Assembly (NCBI RefSeq): GCF_006345805.1
Contig: NW_021833085.1
Span: 1 to 58,639, forward strand
Direction: 5' to 3'
DNA: 58,639 nt
Source: Octopus sinensis
Lineage: Eukaryota
The translations under genes and the position numbers were made by a program. This document shows positions 13,117 to 26,335 of the stretch, one piece after another (within the stretch, counting starts at the first letter, position 1; the number at the start of each line of letters is the position of its first letter). The notes under the pieces are model-generated. The model was not told the origin of the DNA. It was given only the letters and a program-made list of their open reading frames with translations, and searched no databases.

Positions 13117-13465
13117 TGAGTTGAAATTCTGCCGAAGTCGATATTGCCTTTCGTCATTTCGGGGTCGACAGTTTAAGTACCAGTTGAGTACTGGGGCCGA
13201 TGCAATCGAAAATCCCCCTCCCCCAAATTTCAGGCCTTGTGCCTATACTAGAAAGGACTGTTATCATCATCATCATCATCATCATCATGATTATTATTAT
13301 TATTATTATTGTTGAGGCGGTGAGCTGGCAGAATCGTTAGCACGCCGATCGAAATGCTTGGCGGTATTTCTTCTGCCGCTAAGTTCTGAGTTCAAATTCT
13401 GCCGAGGTCGTCTTTGCCTTTCATCCTTTCAGGGTCAATGAAATAAGTAATAGTTACGCATTCAA
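13117..13465 (+). mobile_element. Two family A SINE fragments separated by (CAT)n/(TAT)n
   Basis: B-box and middle motifs at 13117-13262 and 13314-13465. Confidence 0.75.
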
Positions 13466-15229
13466 CTGGTGCTTCATTTAAAGATTGTTATTGTTGTTAT
13501 TGTTGTTGTTCTACCCAACCGGTTTCACATCTGTTTTGAATCTCATTTGGAACCGGATACCATTTAGAAAGAAATAACGTACAGAAAAAAAGAAATTTCA
13601 TAACTGCGAATCGTACCCTAATATGAAAAATTACCAGAAGGTTGCTGAAGAGAAGTAAATCATTGTGAGCACTGCATACGCCGTAGCTTAGCTTCGATTA
13701 AATTCTTTGTCTGTCTCGACGATGATAAATCAGTTGAATTCCTACTCGACAAATTAACATTTAGACAGTAGCTGAGTATTCCAGAGACATTTGTTCCCTT
13801 AATACAATTCTCAAGCGCAATGAGCATGACACAGTGAAACAAGGATGGAGTTTTAAATAGCAGGAACAATAGAAAACGTAGAAGAGACTGCAAGAGAGAG
13901 AGAGAGAGAGAGAGAGAGGAGGGGAAAGAGAGAGAGCGTGGAAGAGAGAGGGGGGAGAGAGAGGAGGGAGAGAGAGAGAGAGAGAGACATAGACACAAAG
14001 TATGTATCAGAGGTAGATAAGAATCGAACAGTCCTGGGAAACGCTTTTATTTATAGTCCCCGAAAGAATGAAAGACAAAGTTTACCTTGGTGGAAATTGA
14101 AATCAGTGCACAAACATTCTATACGAGGCTCTCGTTAATCTGCCAAAATCGTTGCCTTGGATTATTCGAGAAGCAGTCAGTAAAAAGGCACTTTAACCCG
14201 ATTTCGATTATCGTCTGTCACTTTTTCACTGGCACCCGTTAATCTCTTGCATAAGGGCAAACAAAACCACAAATCACGTTGCACTTCTATTCTGAGAAGT
14301 TAGTAAAGGTCGATAACCCGATAATGGACACATGAACACACACGCGAATTCGCGCGGACACATAAACACCTACCAACATACATACATACGTACGTACATA
14401 CATACATACATACATACATACATACATACATACATACATACATGCATACATACATACATACATACACACATACATACACACATATGTATATTACATATAC
14501 ATATATATATATATATAATATATATAATATATTATATAATAATATATATGTTCTTTTTCTATTCTATGAATTACTGGTACGTATGTATGTAATACACAGT
14601 CTTTACATATGTATAAATATTCTCATAAATGTTTTAGAATAAATAAATAGACATAATATAATGTCTAACAGTTGATGTATACTATTTCTGTATCCCCTCC
14701 ATTTTCTTCTTGCCGTATATATATATATATGTGTGTGTGTATGTGTGTGTGTGTGTGTGTGTGTAGCTGTGTGTGTGTGTGTGTGTGTGTACATATGTGT
14801 ATGTGTGTGTGTGTTTATACATATATTCATACGTGGATACATGAATATGTACATACATATACATATGTAGACACGTGTGTGTACATGCGAGCGCATGTGT
14901 GTATACACACAGTTATAAGTGCGAGTGTGTGCATGTTTGCGTTTACAAAGAAACGTGAAATTATTCGATACAAAAGGCAAGTCTACTTATTATAGTAATG
15001 AAATAATTATAATTCACCACAAATAAGAATAGACACATTTGCATGATGATGAAGATGATGATGGTGGTGGTGGTGATGATGACGACGACGATGATGATGA
15101 TGATGATGATTACGATGATGATGATGATGATGATTACGATGATGATGATGATGATGATGATAATGATGATGATGGTGGTGGTGGTGGGGTGTGGTGATGA
15201 TGTTGATGAAGAGGAGGAGGAGGGGGAGG

Positions 15230-15425
15230 GGGAGAAAGAAATTGGAGTATGAAAGCTGTAAAAGCTGTACCTGTAATAATTGGTGCATTGGAAACTGTGG
15301 ATAAAGGTATAAACAAATAGTCGAAGAAGATTGGAAATCGAATGTCTTGTAGGGCTTCGAGTGAAAGTTTGCCTCTTAGAGACGGGAAAGATTATCAAGA
15401 GGGTTTTAAAGTACTTGAAAGATAA
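15230..15425 (+). mobile_element. Degenerate 3' end of an R4/Dong-like RLE retrotransposon
   Basis: Translates in part to W.MKAVK.VPVIIGALETVDKG, the typical RLE C-terminal motif. Follows (GAT)n. Confidence 0.6.
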
Positions 15426-15451
15426 CTGAAAGCATGTGGATAACTAAAGTT

Positions 15452-16002
15452 GCAGGAGTGACTGTGTGGTAAGTAGCTTGCTTACCAGCCACATGGTTCC
15501 GTGTTCAGTCCCACTGCGAGGCATCTTGGGCAAGTGTCTTCTACTATAGTCTCGGGTCCACCAAAGCCTTGTGAGTGGATTTGGTAGGCGGAAACTGAAA
15601 GAAGCCCGTCGTATATATGTATATATATCCAAACCTAAAGAAATATTGGGCTGATGACGGAAATGTTGATCTCTATATCCAACTAATCCAGAAACGGCGT
15701 TCTCAAGTAATCGATGTACGTGTGATCTTTCGTTATTTTTCCCTCTATACCTGCGTGAATTATTTTTGAGTATGCATTGTCTGGGAGACCTTTCTTATAG
15801 TAGAGGAAATAGCTAAAACTTTTTGGCTGCTATTTCTAAAAGTTCGGTGTTTGGTAAAGTAAATTATTTTACTGAACCCTAATTATATAACGTAATGTTT
15901 TAAATATACCGTAAATGGTCTTTTTACATACTGAACACTACTTGGTAAAATTGATAATTAATAATTAATTAATTTTTACCCTTTTATTATTGACAATATA
16001 TA

Positions 16003-16033
<31 letters not shown>

Positions 16034-16250
16034 GTGTATATGTTTGTGTGTCTGTGTTTGTTCCCCCAACGTCGCTTAACAACCGATGCTGGTGTGTTTA
16101 CGTCCCCGTCACTTAGCGGTTCGGCAAGAGGGACCGATAGAATAAGTACTAGGCTTGCAAAGAATAAGCCATAAGGTCGATTTGCGCAACTAAAGGCGGT
16201 GTTTCAGTATGGCCGCAGTCAAATGACTGAAACAAATAAAAGAATAAAAG
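15452..16250 (+). mobile_element. SINE family B split by a ~380-bp foreign insert in its internal microsatellite
   Basis: 5' half at 15452-15627 and 3' half at about 16030-16250. Confidence 0.75.
15646..15706 (+). ncRNA. Degenerate type I hammerhead candidate inside the insert
   Basis: UUGGG CUGAUGA C GGA..GUUG..CAAC..UCC A GAAA CGGCG U U CUCAA: 5-bp stem I with one G.U, interrupted long stem II, near-palindromic ACGGCGU stem III. Confidence 0.45.
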
Positions 16251-16334
16251 ATATTAGCCCGCTACCCGCATAAATTCTGTCGGGAATAAGAATGAACCTT
16301 AGTAAAATCAATAACAACAACAACAACAATAAAA

Positions 16335-17700
16335 ATAATAATGGGATGTTGACACAGTCATACAAGAACTCGAGCAGGAACAAACTTACAAATACCTCGG
16401 AATAAAGCAGGACCCAGGCATTCAGCATGCAAGCATGATGGAGAAGATCAGGAAGAATGTTACAGGAGAGATCGAGTAGTTCTAAAATCCGAGTTAAATG
16501 CACGTAACAAGGTGTTGACGATAAATTCCTTTGGAGTTCTGGTTGTTATTTACAGTTTCAATGTTTTGAACTGGAAAATGAGCGAAATAAGGAAAATTGA
16601 CAGGAAAAATCTGTAAGCTACTGACTTGCAATAAGACGCACCACCCAAAGGCAGCCACAGATCGTCTTTAGCTACCCAGAGCTCAAGGAGGTCGAGGCCT
16701 GATCCAATTTGATATCTCTTACAAAACCACCGTAATTGGACTGGCAAAATATCTTGAAATATCTAACGACTAGATGCTAAAGCTCGTTGAAAACCACGAA
16801 AGACATAAGAATCTTTATTCTGTTATGAAGGAGAGCAACAAATTTTCAAGTGAGTGTATGCATAATAAAGCATGAAGAGCCTAATGGAAGTATGGCGACT
16901 GTAATTGCAAAGAAGGTGAAATCAATAGCAAAGCAAAATGCGTTTGAACAGTTGGCTGCTAGGTGGGAACAAAAGCCTCTGCATGGCAAATATGTGGACC
17001 GTAGCAAACAAGCTGATGTAGCCCAGATGCACACCCATCAGTGGCTACGGAACTCAGGGCTAAAGACAGAGAGTGAAGGATCTTTCTTGGCTGCTCAAGC
17101 CATTGTGACGAAAAATGGAACTGTCAAGCCAATGTGATGAAAAATGGTGTAGACTCAAATTACCGATACTGCAAAGATGGGATAGAGACCGCCGACCACC
17201 TAATCGCTGGATGTAAGGTTTTGGCACCTGTAGAGTAAAAATCAAGACATGACAGATTTAGCAAATATCTACATTGTATAATGTGTCGGTATTATAAAAT
17301 CTAAACTGCTGACAAATGGTACAAGCATCATTCTGATGTTGTATCTGAGGGAGAAAATGTAACTAGGACTTCCAAGTATGTACAGACCGGACCATCAAAG
17401 CAAATAAACCAGATATTGTTGTGAAAGACAAATGCAATAAAGTCTGTTTATTGATTGACAAGAGCAGACCCTGTGACCATAATATCTCGGCAAATGAATT
17501 TGATAAACTCAGAGAATATAAAGATCCGCTAATCGAAATCGAAAAGATGTGGCATATCAAGACGGTTGCAATACCAGTGATTGTAGGAGCATTTCGAATG
17601 ATCGAAAAGGCAAGTGAAAATTATTTAAGAACGATCCCTGGCTTACTATCAATGCAGAAAGTACAAAAGATTGTCTTAACTGACACTTTCCTTCGTACCC
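16335..17700 (+). mobile_element. 5'-truncated, degenerate R4/Dong-like non-LTR retrotransposon (RT end, CCHC remnant, RLE nuclease)
   Basis: QELEQEQTYKYLGI, RLYLPRAQGGRGL (frameshifted), HGKY..THQWLRNSGLK.ESEG..LAAQ, YCKDGIETADHLIAGC, KPDIVVKD..CLLID, IEKMWHIKTVAIPVIVGAF. Multiple stops and frameshifts. Confidence 0.9.
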
Positions 17701-18407
17701 AGCAAAATAAGCCGAGAGTTTTTATCAAATAATAATAATAAAAAGAATAAGAATAATAAGAATTATTTTTATTGCATGTAGGAGTTTTGGGAAGCTTATT
17801 GTATAAAAGATGAAGACTTGAGAAATGAATGCTTTTTATGCACTAAAATTCTACATGAAGAATAGAAATGTTATCACAGTTATCAATCCACAAGTTATCG
17901 CGATAATCCGATACAGTAAAATATCCTCAAATGAAACACCTCAGATTATGTACGACAGTGATAAGAAGACTTGGAAGCTACTGTTGATGTAAAATATGTT
18001 TCACATTAAAAGGGGATATTAAAAGATAGTATTTGAAATACAGTGACGGTGGAAGGAGATTGTTTGGCGAAGAAGATCGGGCAGTAATGTTAGACCACTA
18101 TTTGTAAAACTGTCAGAAAGTAAAGAAGACAAATTTACTGAGAGCTGTGTTAAAACAAAAATGAAAGAATGTATACTCCTGGAGAAAAAGGAAGATCTCA
18201 TGAAAAACTGAAAGAATAAAAATGATCGAGAAATATTCAAGGAATTTTCGCCAACAACACTGCACTCAAAAGTATTCTTGGAATCATTTAAGTATAGAGG
18301 AGCAGCAAAGAACTATAGGAAAGGTAGTTTGAAGATACGGAAAGCAATATAATGGCAGCCGAAGTCAAGTTCTTTAAGACACAAATGCTCAGAAGACATA
18401 CAGATGT

Positions 18408-18504
<97 letters not shown>

Positions 18505-18539
18505 CAGATTAGTTTCAAATTTAGAAGTTTGGAGTCGGG

Positions 18540-18712
18540 GTAGTTAATTACATCGACTCCAGTGTTCGATTGGTACATATTTTATTGACCTAGAAAGGAT
18601 GAAAGACAAAGACGACCGCGGCAGATTTGAACCGAGAATGTAAAGACGGACAAAATGCAGTAAAGAATTTTGCCCGGCGTGCTAGCGATTCTGCCAGCTC
18701 TCCCTCCGCCTT
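18540..18712 (-). mobile_element. SINE family A
   Basis: Reverse-complement head and middle motifs, adjacent to (GATA)n. Confidence 0.75.
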
Positions 18713-19319
18713 ACAGATGTATATATATATATCACACACATACACACACAATACATACATGCATATATATATATACTTAAGCAATTGTCCGTAGCTCTTC
18801 AGTATGATCGTCATTGCAAATATAATTTGAAAAATAACCCCAAGTGTAATTGGTAGAACTGTATACATGTTCAATCTCATGCGGACGTCTCGGGTATACT
18901 TCTGCAAATTATATTTGCAATAACAATCATACTGAAGTACTACGGACATTTGCGTAGGTATAGTTTCATAACTGTTGATAGTGAAACATGTATATGATTA
19001 ATCTATAATTTTTTTTCGTTTCATTTGTCTTGCTCGCTTACGTTCTGGCATTTGCTAAATTTTCTTCAGAATATTCCTTTCTTAGTGGTTAGACCATAGC
19101 GGATCTATTTCTAGCAGAAGGGTTGTCCACGCAGTGATCATCCTCGTATAATTTTCGGAACGTTCAGATTTTAATATGCTAGACCACTGGTTTTAAATTT
19201 AAATTGATATTAATCAAATTAATATTCAATTTTTCACCCTTATCTCACATATATATATATATATATATATATTTGTATGGTGAGAGATAAGAGGTCGTAG
19301 CTCACTTAGTATTAGGGTG

Positions 19320-19720
19320 TAAAGATCTGGCACAAACGATAGCAAGGATGACGACAAGACAACAATTTATCAGTTAATACACTGGGATTGTATAAAACTC
19401 ACACACCCAGAAAAGTCGTATAAACATAGACGAATGAAAATTGAAGAAAATTAACAGATAGAAATTTATATGGAACATGAGGAGACTCCACACACGCATG
19501 TATCAAGAACACTCATGACCAGGTATGGTATTGCTGTACCAGAAAAAAACTTCTATGAAAATAGACGTAACCTGTACATTGACATCTAAGTTGAAAGAGA
19601 ACGAATACGAGAAGGTAGATAAATACCTGAACCTAATTTGGGAAATCATAATATGTTGGAAGTGTAGGGAGATAATAATATATCCTATTTTAAGAGCATC
19701 TCTAAGTACAATATACGAAA
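19320..19720 (+). mobile_element. Highly degenerate RLE retrotransposon C-terminal fragment
   Basis: IDVTC..KENEYEKVDKYLNLIWEI..W..IIIYPILRA resembles the RLE D..(K)..KY..L..W..P motif pattern. Confidence 0.5.
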
Positions 19721-19899
19721 ATATTGACATATATATCTATTTTTTCTTATGATCGACGAAACAATGAACTTTGTGACACTGCAGAAAGTATGTCTCCTAG
19801 AAACATCTAGAAACATAAGATCGGTATTGAATATCTGAAGGCACGAGTAGCGATTTTTACGTTCAGAGAACAAAACCGACAGAATATCATTGATCATCA

Positions 19900-19933
19900 C
19901 TGTGAGAATAATAACAACAACAACAATAACAGC

Positions 19934-20011
<78 letters not shown>

Positions 20012-20123
20012 TAATAATAATAATAATATAATAATAATGATAATAATAATAATATTAATAATAATAATAATAATAATATTTATAATAATAATAATAATAA
20101 TTATAATAATAATAATAATAATA

Positions 20124-20154
<31 letters not shown>

Positions 20155-20327
20155 TTAATAACAATAATAATAATAATAATATTAATAATAATAATAATAA
20201 TGATATTAATAATAATAATGATAATGATAATAATAATAATAATATAACAATAATAATAATAACAATAACAAGAACAAGAACAAGAACAACAACAACAACA
20301 ACAACAACAACAATAATAACAATAATA

Positions 20328-20408
<81 letters not shown>

Positions 20409-20599
20409 TTAATAACAATAATAATAATAATAATATTATTAATAATAATATAATAATAATGATATTAATAATAATAATAATTATAATAATAATAATATTA
20501 ATAATAATAACAATAATAATAATAACAATAACAATAACAAGAACAAGAACAAGAACAACAACAATAACAACAACAACAACAACAATAATAACAATAATA

Positions 20600-20650
<51 letters not shown>

Positions 20651-20668
20651 TAATAATAATAATAATGA

Positions 20669-20724
<56 letters not shown>

Positions 20725-20780
20725 GGTGGTGGTGGTGGTGGTGATGGTGACGACGACGACGATGACGATGATGATGATGA
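19900..20780. repeat. Compound (TAA)n/(CAA)n/(GAT)n/(GGT)n array with an internal ~265-bp higher-order duplication
   Basis: The block aataacaagaacaagaacaagaacaacaac...acattaat occurs near 20260 and again near 20525. Confidence 0.9.
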
Positions 20781-21579
20781 CAAGCAAAAATCTCAAGAAG
20801 CACGTGCATAAAACCGCAAAGAATAAGCCCCATCCTGAAATTTCGACGAAAATTACGAAGCCTTCAATTAGCAGAATTGCGTGGCTAGAATTATATCCCT
20901 TTCTTCGAGTCCTTTCTCAACAGCAGAACTATACCACGAAATACAGGGCCGGGAATTGTTCCATTCTGCCGCTAGTTGCAATAGATATTCGTCAACAAGT
21001 CTAGAATATAAAAGTAAAAATCGTAGAATAGATCATCCAGCCTCGGTGACTTCTTCCTAATGCAGTCGTCTAACATTTTCCGTATCTTATCAGCTGATAT
21101 CTGACTTTCGCAAATCTCTGCATCCCCAGTTGATAGACGCGACAAGAGATGGGCGGTAAAACTCACCTCCATCTTCGAATCGCCATCTGCCCGATCAGTC
21201 GATTAAAGCACGGTTAAAAAACAGCACTTGAAGTCGAGTGATATGCGTCCATTATGGTTTCCCAAAGTGCTTGTGGTAATGTTGTTGCTGTTATGGCGAT
21301 GGTGTCAGCATTATTGCTGGTCTTGTCTCTCTCCTTTTTTCGTTGTTTAGGATGAGGACCAGTTCTTCATTTATATTAGTCTGATGTTCTTTTCAATCTG
21401 CTGTTGTGCCTAGTATATTTTCCTACTTTTTGGGGGGCGGGGGCGGTTTATATATCACAGTCGTTAGGCTGATGTGTTTCGGAATGGATTTCAAGATTCC
21501 AGGTTTAGTAAGAATCTTTTTTGCACCTTTTAATTCTTCTCGCGATAAAACAATTCCTTATAAATACGTATTTGATATA

Positions 21580-22152
21580 TTGGGCTGTCCGGAAAGTTCG
21601 TGCCGATTTTTAAAGGAAAGAAAAAGGTCAATAAATATTTGCCATTACCCAAGCTTTACCAGGTGCTCATGAACGACAGATTTTGATAGGTTGAGGCTTT
21701 CTGCCAATTCTCGGGTTGTGCAGTGTGGGTTATTCTCAATTAATGACTTGATTTGGTCATCATCTGTAGTGAATGATCTACCTGATGGCTCTTTATCAAT
21801 AAGGCTACAATCTCCAGCACGGAACATTGCGAACCACTTCCGTACAGTTCTTTCGGATAAAGAAACATCACCGTAAACTGCGCATATTTCTTTGGTTGAT
21901 TGTGGGGCATTTTTCCCTTTACGGAAAAAGAAAAGCATCAAGTGCTGAAAATGAACTTTCTTATCTTCCATTTTAAAGGGTTACAGAATTAACACAATTT
22001 ATAGGAACATAAACCTTCTTCCACGAAAAGATAGCTTAAACTGTGCTCTAAATGGAGGTGTAGTCAAATCCTATTTTATGGACTCAAACATGTTCTAAAA
22101 TAAGTTGAAAGGTAAGCTACTATAAATCGATACGAACTTTCCGGACAACCGA
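21580..22152 (-). mobile_element. Internally deleted mariner element retaining the transposase N-terminal HTH
   Basis: TIRs ttgggctgtccggaaagttcgt and acgaactttccggacaaccga, TA at both ends. ORF 21645-21971 MEDKKVHFQHLMLFFFRKG..ICAVYG..TVRKWFAMFRAGD..SGR..TTRELAESL. No DDD domain. Confidence 0.92.
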
Positions 22153-23031
22153 TACTCTGCAGCGTAAGTTCGAAAAAGGATTTATGAAATGTTATAGAAA
22201 GAGGCTCATATTATCAATTGTTTGGGATACGTCTATGATATATGTACGGACATATTTAATAACTGTTTGTCATTAAGGGTTAATATTTTATGAGCAGTTT
22301 ACGTATCCATGAAATCGTTCTAACGTGTCAAATGATTTCTGCAAATCAATAAATATTTCACTTGTAGTGTATTACAACCAGTTCTGCGATAATGATTTCT
22401 GCGATACTAATTAATGCATAATTAGAAGTATGATTGATTTTGAAATCGAATTGTTTTTTCATATATGAAATGATTTTTTTTTTCATTTCTTTTATTTATT
22501 TTTGTGAAGTTGGTGTAAAGATTTATTCATATATTTTATTTTTCATATTAAATTTTGGTAAGTGTCCAAGTCTAGGTTGCAAACATAAAATATTGACCCA
22601 GTAACCGAATATGTTGATGTGCTTATTACCAATTCCAAAGGAGAGTATTACTGCCAATACCTTTGCGTGCTATTCTAGATATATGAAACTAAGTGACTTT
22701 GAAGTCTAACTAGAGCTTACGGAGTATAAGCTGTAAGATCTGAGGACAACAGTAATGGTCTATGTCTTCAACTGACACAGAATAAACCATTAAGAAGTGG
22801 GGTATATTGTTTTTCTATCAGTAGAAGGAAAAATCTAATGCTGGGAACAGAAATATTCGCCGAAGAAGCATTTTTATGATGGTTCTTAATGTCTTTAAGT
22901 GCCAGTTGTCTACATTCAGAAAACATATCTCTCTCATACAAAGATTTTTATCTGAGATCTTAGAGTTTTCCTTTTCGTCACTTCAAACTGACTTATTCTA
23001 CTTTTGCACTATTATATCCTACCAATTATAG

Positions 23032-23344
23032 GTTCATAACTGAAGGAAAAAGATTTGACGAAGTCTATGATAATTCTACAAGGGTTAATAGACCAGCGAG
23101 AGTGGAGTTCAGAAAAGGAGGAATTTCCATAGGAGCAGGGTTTTGGAGTTTACATCGATTTTATGTGAATGAGTTATGTTCTGGAAAAAAATTCTCTTTT
23201 ACAGCAAACAGTCTAAATAACCGAGAAGATTCCTATAAAGCGACATCATTTGCTGCGGGCAGTATATCTAAATTTACTGCTCTCTTCAACAACCAAATTA
23301 TCTATTTTAATGGAGAAGGTTTAGCGTATTGTCAGGTTAAATAG
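23032..23344 (+). CDS. Candidate exon or pseudo-exon, 103 sense codons, product unrecognised
   Basis: Acceptor-like ..tcctaccaattatag| then FITEGKRFDEVYDNSTRVNRPARVEFRKGGISIGAGFWSLHRFYVNELC..GEGLAYCQVK*. Non-repetitive and protein-like. Confidence 0.35.
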
Positions 23345-24324
23345 TAGTTGAAGTCTACGAATAGCAGAGAAATGTGTTTCTCTACTCTTGTACCTTACAT
23401 TTATTATAAACTAATAATCAAACTGTAAAATTTGACTGAATATACTTACTGTTTGAAAGCAATGTAGCGGCTGTGGGCGAGTCAGGATGTTGAGATTACT
23501 TGTGATACTGTACTTTAAGATGAAAAAGTCCTCTTTTCTCGTAATATAATTATGAAGTAAAGAGTGTCATTCCAAAATGTAATATGAAGTTTAGATTCTT
23601 TTTGTGAAGGAAAAGTTCTCTGCAGATGATCTATGTTCCATGGTCGCATCCATATTTCTATTATATACTTCAAATATTGAATCATATGAGCAAATGGTGG
23701 CGCCTCTAAATAATCATTCGACTATCTAGAAACAGCAGCCAAATTTACTTCAGATCATATACTACTATCCCAGTGAAGGAAAGAACCCATTGGTTAATGT
23801 AGTTATATGTAGACCACGATAAACGAGAATACCATGGATGGTATGACTTTGTCCAGGGCTGATAGATAACAAACAATGTCGACAGCAATTTTAGGAAAGG
23901 TTGATTTTTGTTCTTTTATATTGAAAATAATGTTTGTCATATACGCCAGAGTTTTTGTGAGAGTTCTAAGCTGATTATAGCTTCATTGTATTGCCAGTAG
24001 TAATAGAGCAATTTTATTGACATATCGTCACAGAATCCTTTCTTAAGAGTCGCTCATTTTGATGCAAAAAGCGTAAAACGAAAATACAAGTAAACAGTGA
24101 AACAGTAGACTAGGAAGATAGAACATATCCACGTTTGCAACAAATAGCAGTTTATTGTTTTGGTGCATTATTTAATATCAAATTTTCGTTGTATGTTGTT
24201 ATTATTATTTTCTTTTGTTCCTGAACCAGAATAACTCACAGAATAATATAATACAGTAATATAAAGAAGGTTTTTAGAATGTAAGCTGTAAATATGGTGA
24301 GATGAATCATGGTTATCAAAATGT

Positions 24325-24750
24325 TTTAGACACTGACTGCGACTACGCTGGGGCATCAGATTGAAATGTTTTAATGTAACAAATCGATCCCAGGGATTTA
24401 TTTTTTAAAGCCTAATGCTTATTCTGTCAGTACCTTTTGCTAAGCTACTAAAAATAAAAACGTAAACAAACCAGTACAAATTATCAAGTGGCAGTGAGGG
24501 ACAAAGATAAACACAAAGGCACACACAAGCATATAGATACACACATACAATTGCTCGCACACACACATACACACACATTTTTATACGACGGGCTTCTTTC
24601 AATTTCCCTCTACCAAATACACTCACAAGACTTTGGTCAGCCTGGGACTATATCAGAAGATCGTTGCAAAAGATGCTCTGCTGTGGGACTGAACCCGGAA
24701 CCATGTGGTTGGGAAGCAAACTCATATAACACAGTTACGCCTGCGTCTAT
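24325..24750 (-). mobile_element. Old SINE family B
   Basis: Diverged head, CORE-like segment and tail. Confidence 0.7.
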
Positions 24751-24924
24751 ATAAAAATAAGCGCTTCCTAAAGACCAAAGAATGTGCTTCCGAAATATAG
24801 TGGTGAGCGAGAAAATACTGACAGCAATTAAAACACAAAATTGGACATCATAGATATGGTAAGAAACACACGATGATCAATACCACCCGGTTAAACTAAA
24901 TAATGTATGTAGTAATCACAATAT

Positions 24925-25543
24925 TAGAAAATTACTATTTTTTAAAATCTCACAACGTGAGGTTAAGCAGTACTTTGTAGTGAAGATTGTTTGCCAACAT
25001 AACATGGCAGTCTTGGTTTAGGACTAATGTTACTGTAATTTAGCTCCAGGAAACATCGTCTCCAGCTGGCCATACGACACGATCTGTGTCCTTATATTTT
25101 CGAACAAGGGAATCTAGCACCCTCCACTCCGCTCAAAACAATATCTGTGTATCGCGATTTCTTAGTTATTTCTCTTCATCAGCACAGAATAATTGTTCAG
25201 TTAGAGATGGCGCTGCCAAATTCCCGTTCGAAATATATAGTTTTCAAAGTGAGAACTAGTCACTGATTTATATATTAGAAAATTACTATTTTTTTAGATC
25301 TCACAACGTGAAATTAAACAGTACTTTGTAGTAAAGTCTTGGTTTAGGACTAATGTTGCTGTAATTTAGATACACAGGTATTGTTTTGAGCTGAGTTGGG
25401 GTGCTAGATTCCCTTGTTCGAAATTATTAGGGCACAGATCGTGTCATATAGCCAGCTGGATACGATGTCTCCTGGAGATAAATTACAGTAACATTAGTCC
25501 TAAACCAGAACTGCCATGTTTTGTTGGCAAACAATCTTTACTA
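24925..25543 (-). mobile_element. Retrozyme/PLE-like insertion: 351-bp unit, partial tandem unit and 175-bp inverted segment, with 12-bp TSD
   Basis: Unit starts atattagaaaattac at 24921 and 25272. 25369-25543 is the reverse complement of 24978-25153. taatcacaatat occurs at 24913-24924 and 25544-25555. Confidence 0.8.
25144..25188 (-). ncRNA. Minimal type I hammerhead ribozyme, stem II eroded
   Basis: UCUGUG CUGAUGA AGAGAAAUAACUAA GAAA UCGCGA U A CACAGA: 6-bp stem I, canonical core, palindromic AUCGCGAU stem III. Confidence 0.7.
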
Positions 25544-25944
25544 TAATCACAATATGTTTCGAAGGAAATCATGTGCTCACTCAGATATATAGGAATACCA
25601 AAACCGAGGGAAACAATTTGGAAACCAACATAGAAAGAAAGGGTAAGAAATCAAAGTATATCCAAGACAAGGATCCTTGCTGAATTAGCTTTTATGAAAG
25701 GTAACAGATTCTTTGAAGAAAGAAAAAGATCAGCTGGATTCCACCCCAAACTGATTTTATTAAGAACTATGTAAAGATGAAATATAAATCAATGATGGAT
25801 TAACAGTAATTTTTGAGGAGTATTGACAACGATGTAATGATTAAAATGACATAGACAGAGCAGACAATAATGAGAGGTCAGTCATATCACTACAAGAAGT
25901 AACCCTAGGCAAATACTTGTTTAATTGTAATAATATTGCAGAAG

Positions 25945-26335
25945 TTGTGGAGGCGCAATGGCCCAGTGGTTAGGGCAGCAGACTCGCGGTCATAGGATCG
26001 CGGTTTCGATTCCCAGACCGGGCATTGTGAGTGTTTATTGAGCGAAAACACCTAAAAGCTCCACGAGGCTCCGGCAGGGGATGGTGGTGATCCCTGCTGT
26101 ACTCTTTCACCACAACTTTCTATCACTCTTACTTCCTGTTTCTGTTGTGCCTGTATTTCAAAGGGCCGGCCTTGTCACGCTCTGTGTCACGCTGAATATC
26201 CCCGAGAACTACGTTAAGGGTACACGTGTCTGTGGAGTGCTCAGCCACTTACACGTTAATTTCACGAGCAGGCTGTTCCGTTGATTCGGATCAACCGGAA
26301 CCCTCATCGTCGTAACCGACGGAGTGCTTCCATCC
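25945..26335 (+). mobile_element. SINE family C, full length, 10-bp TSD attgcagaag
   Basis: TSD at 25935-25944 and 26336-26345. A-box and B-box-like head. Confidence 0.9.

Noticed and set aside
25945-26030. tRNA-like sequence (and similar SINE heads elsewhere)
   Set aside because: It continues into a SINE body with tail and TSD and lacks a complete acceptor stem, so it is not a tRNA gene.
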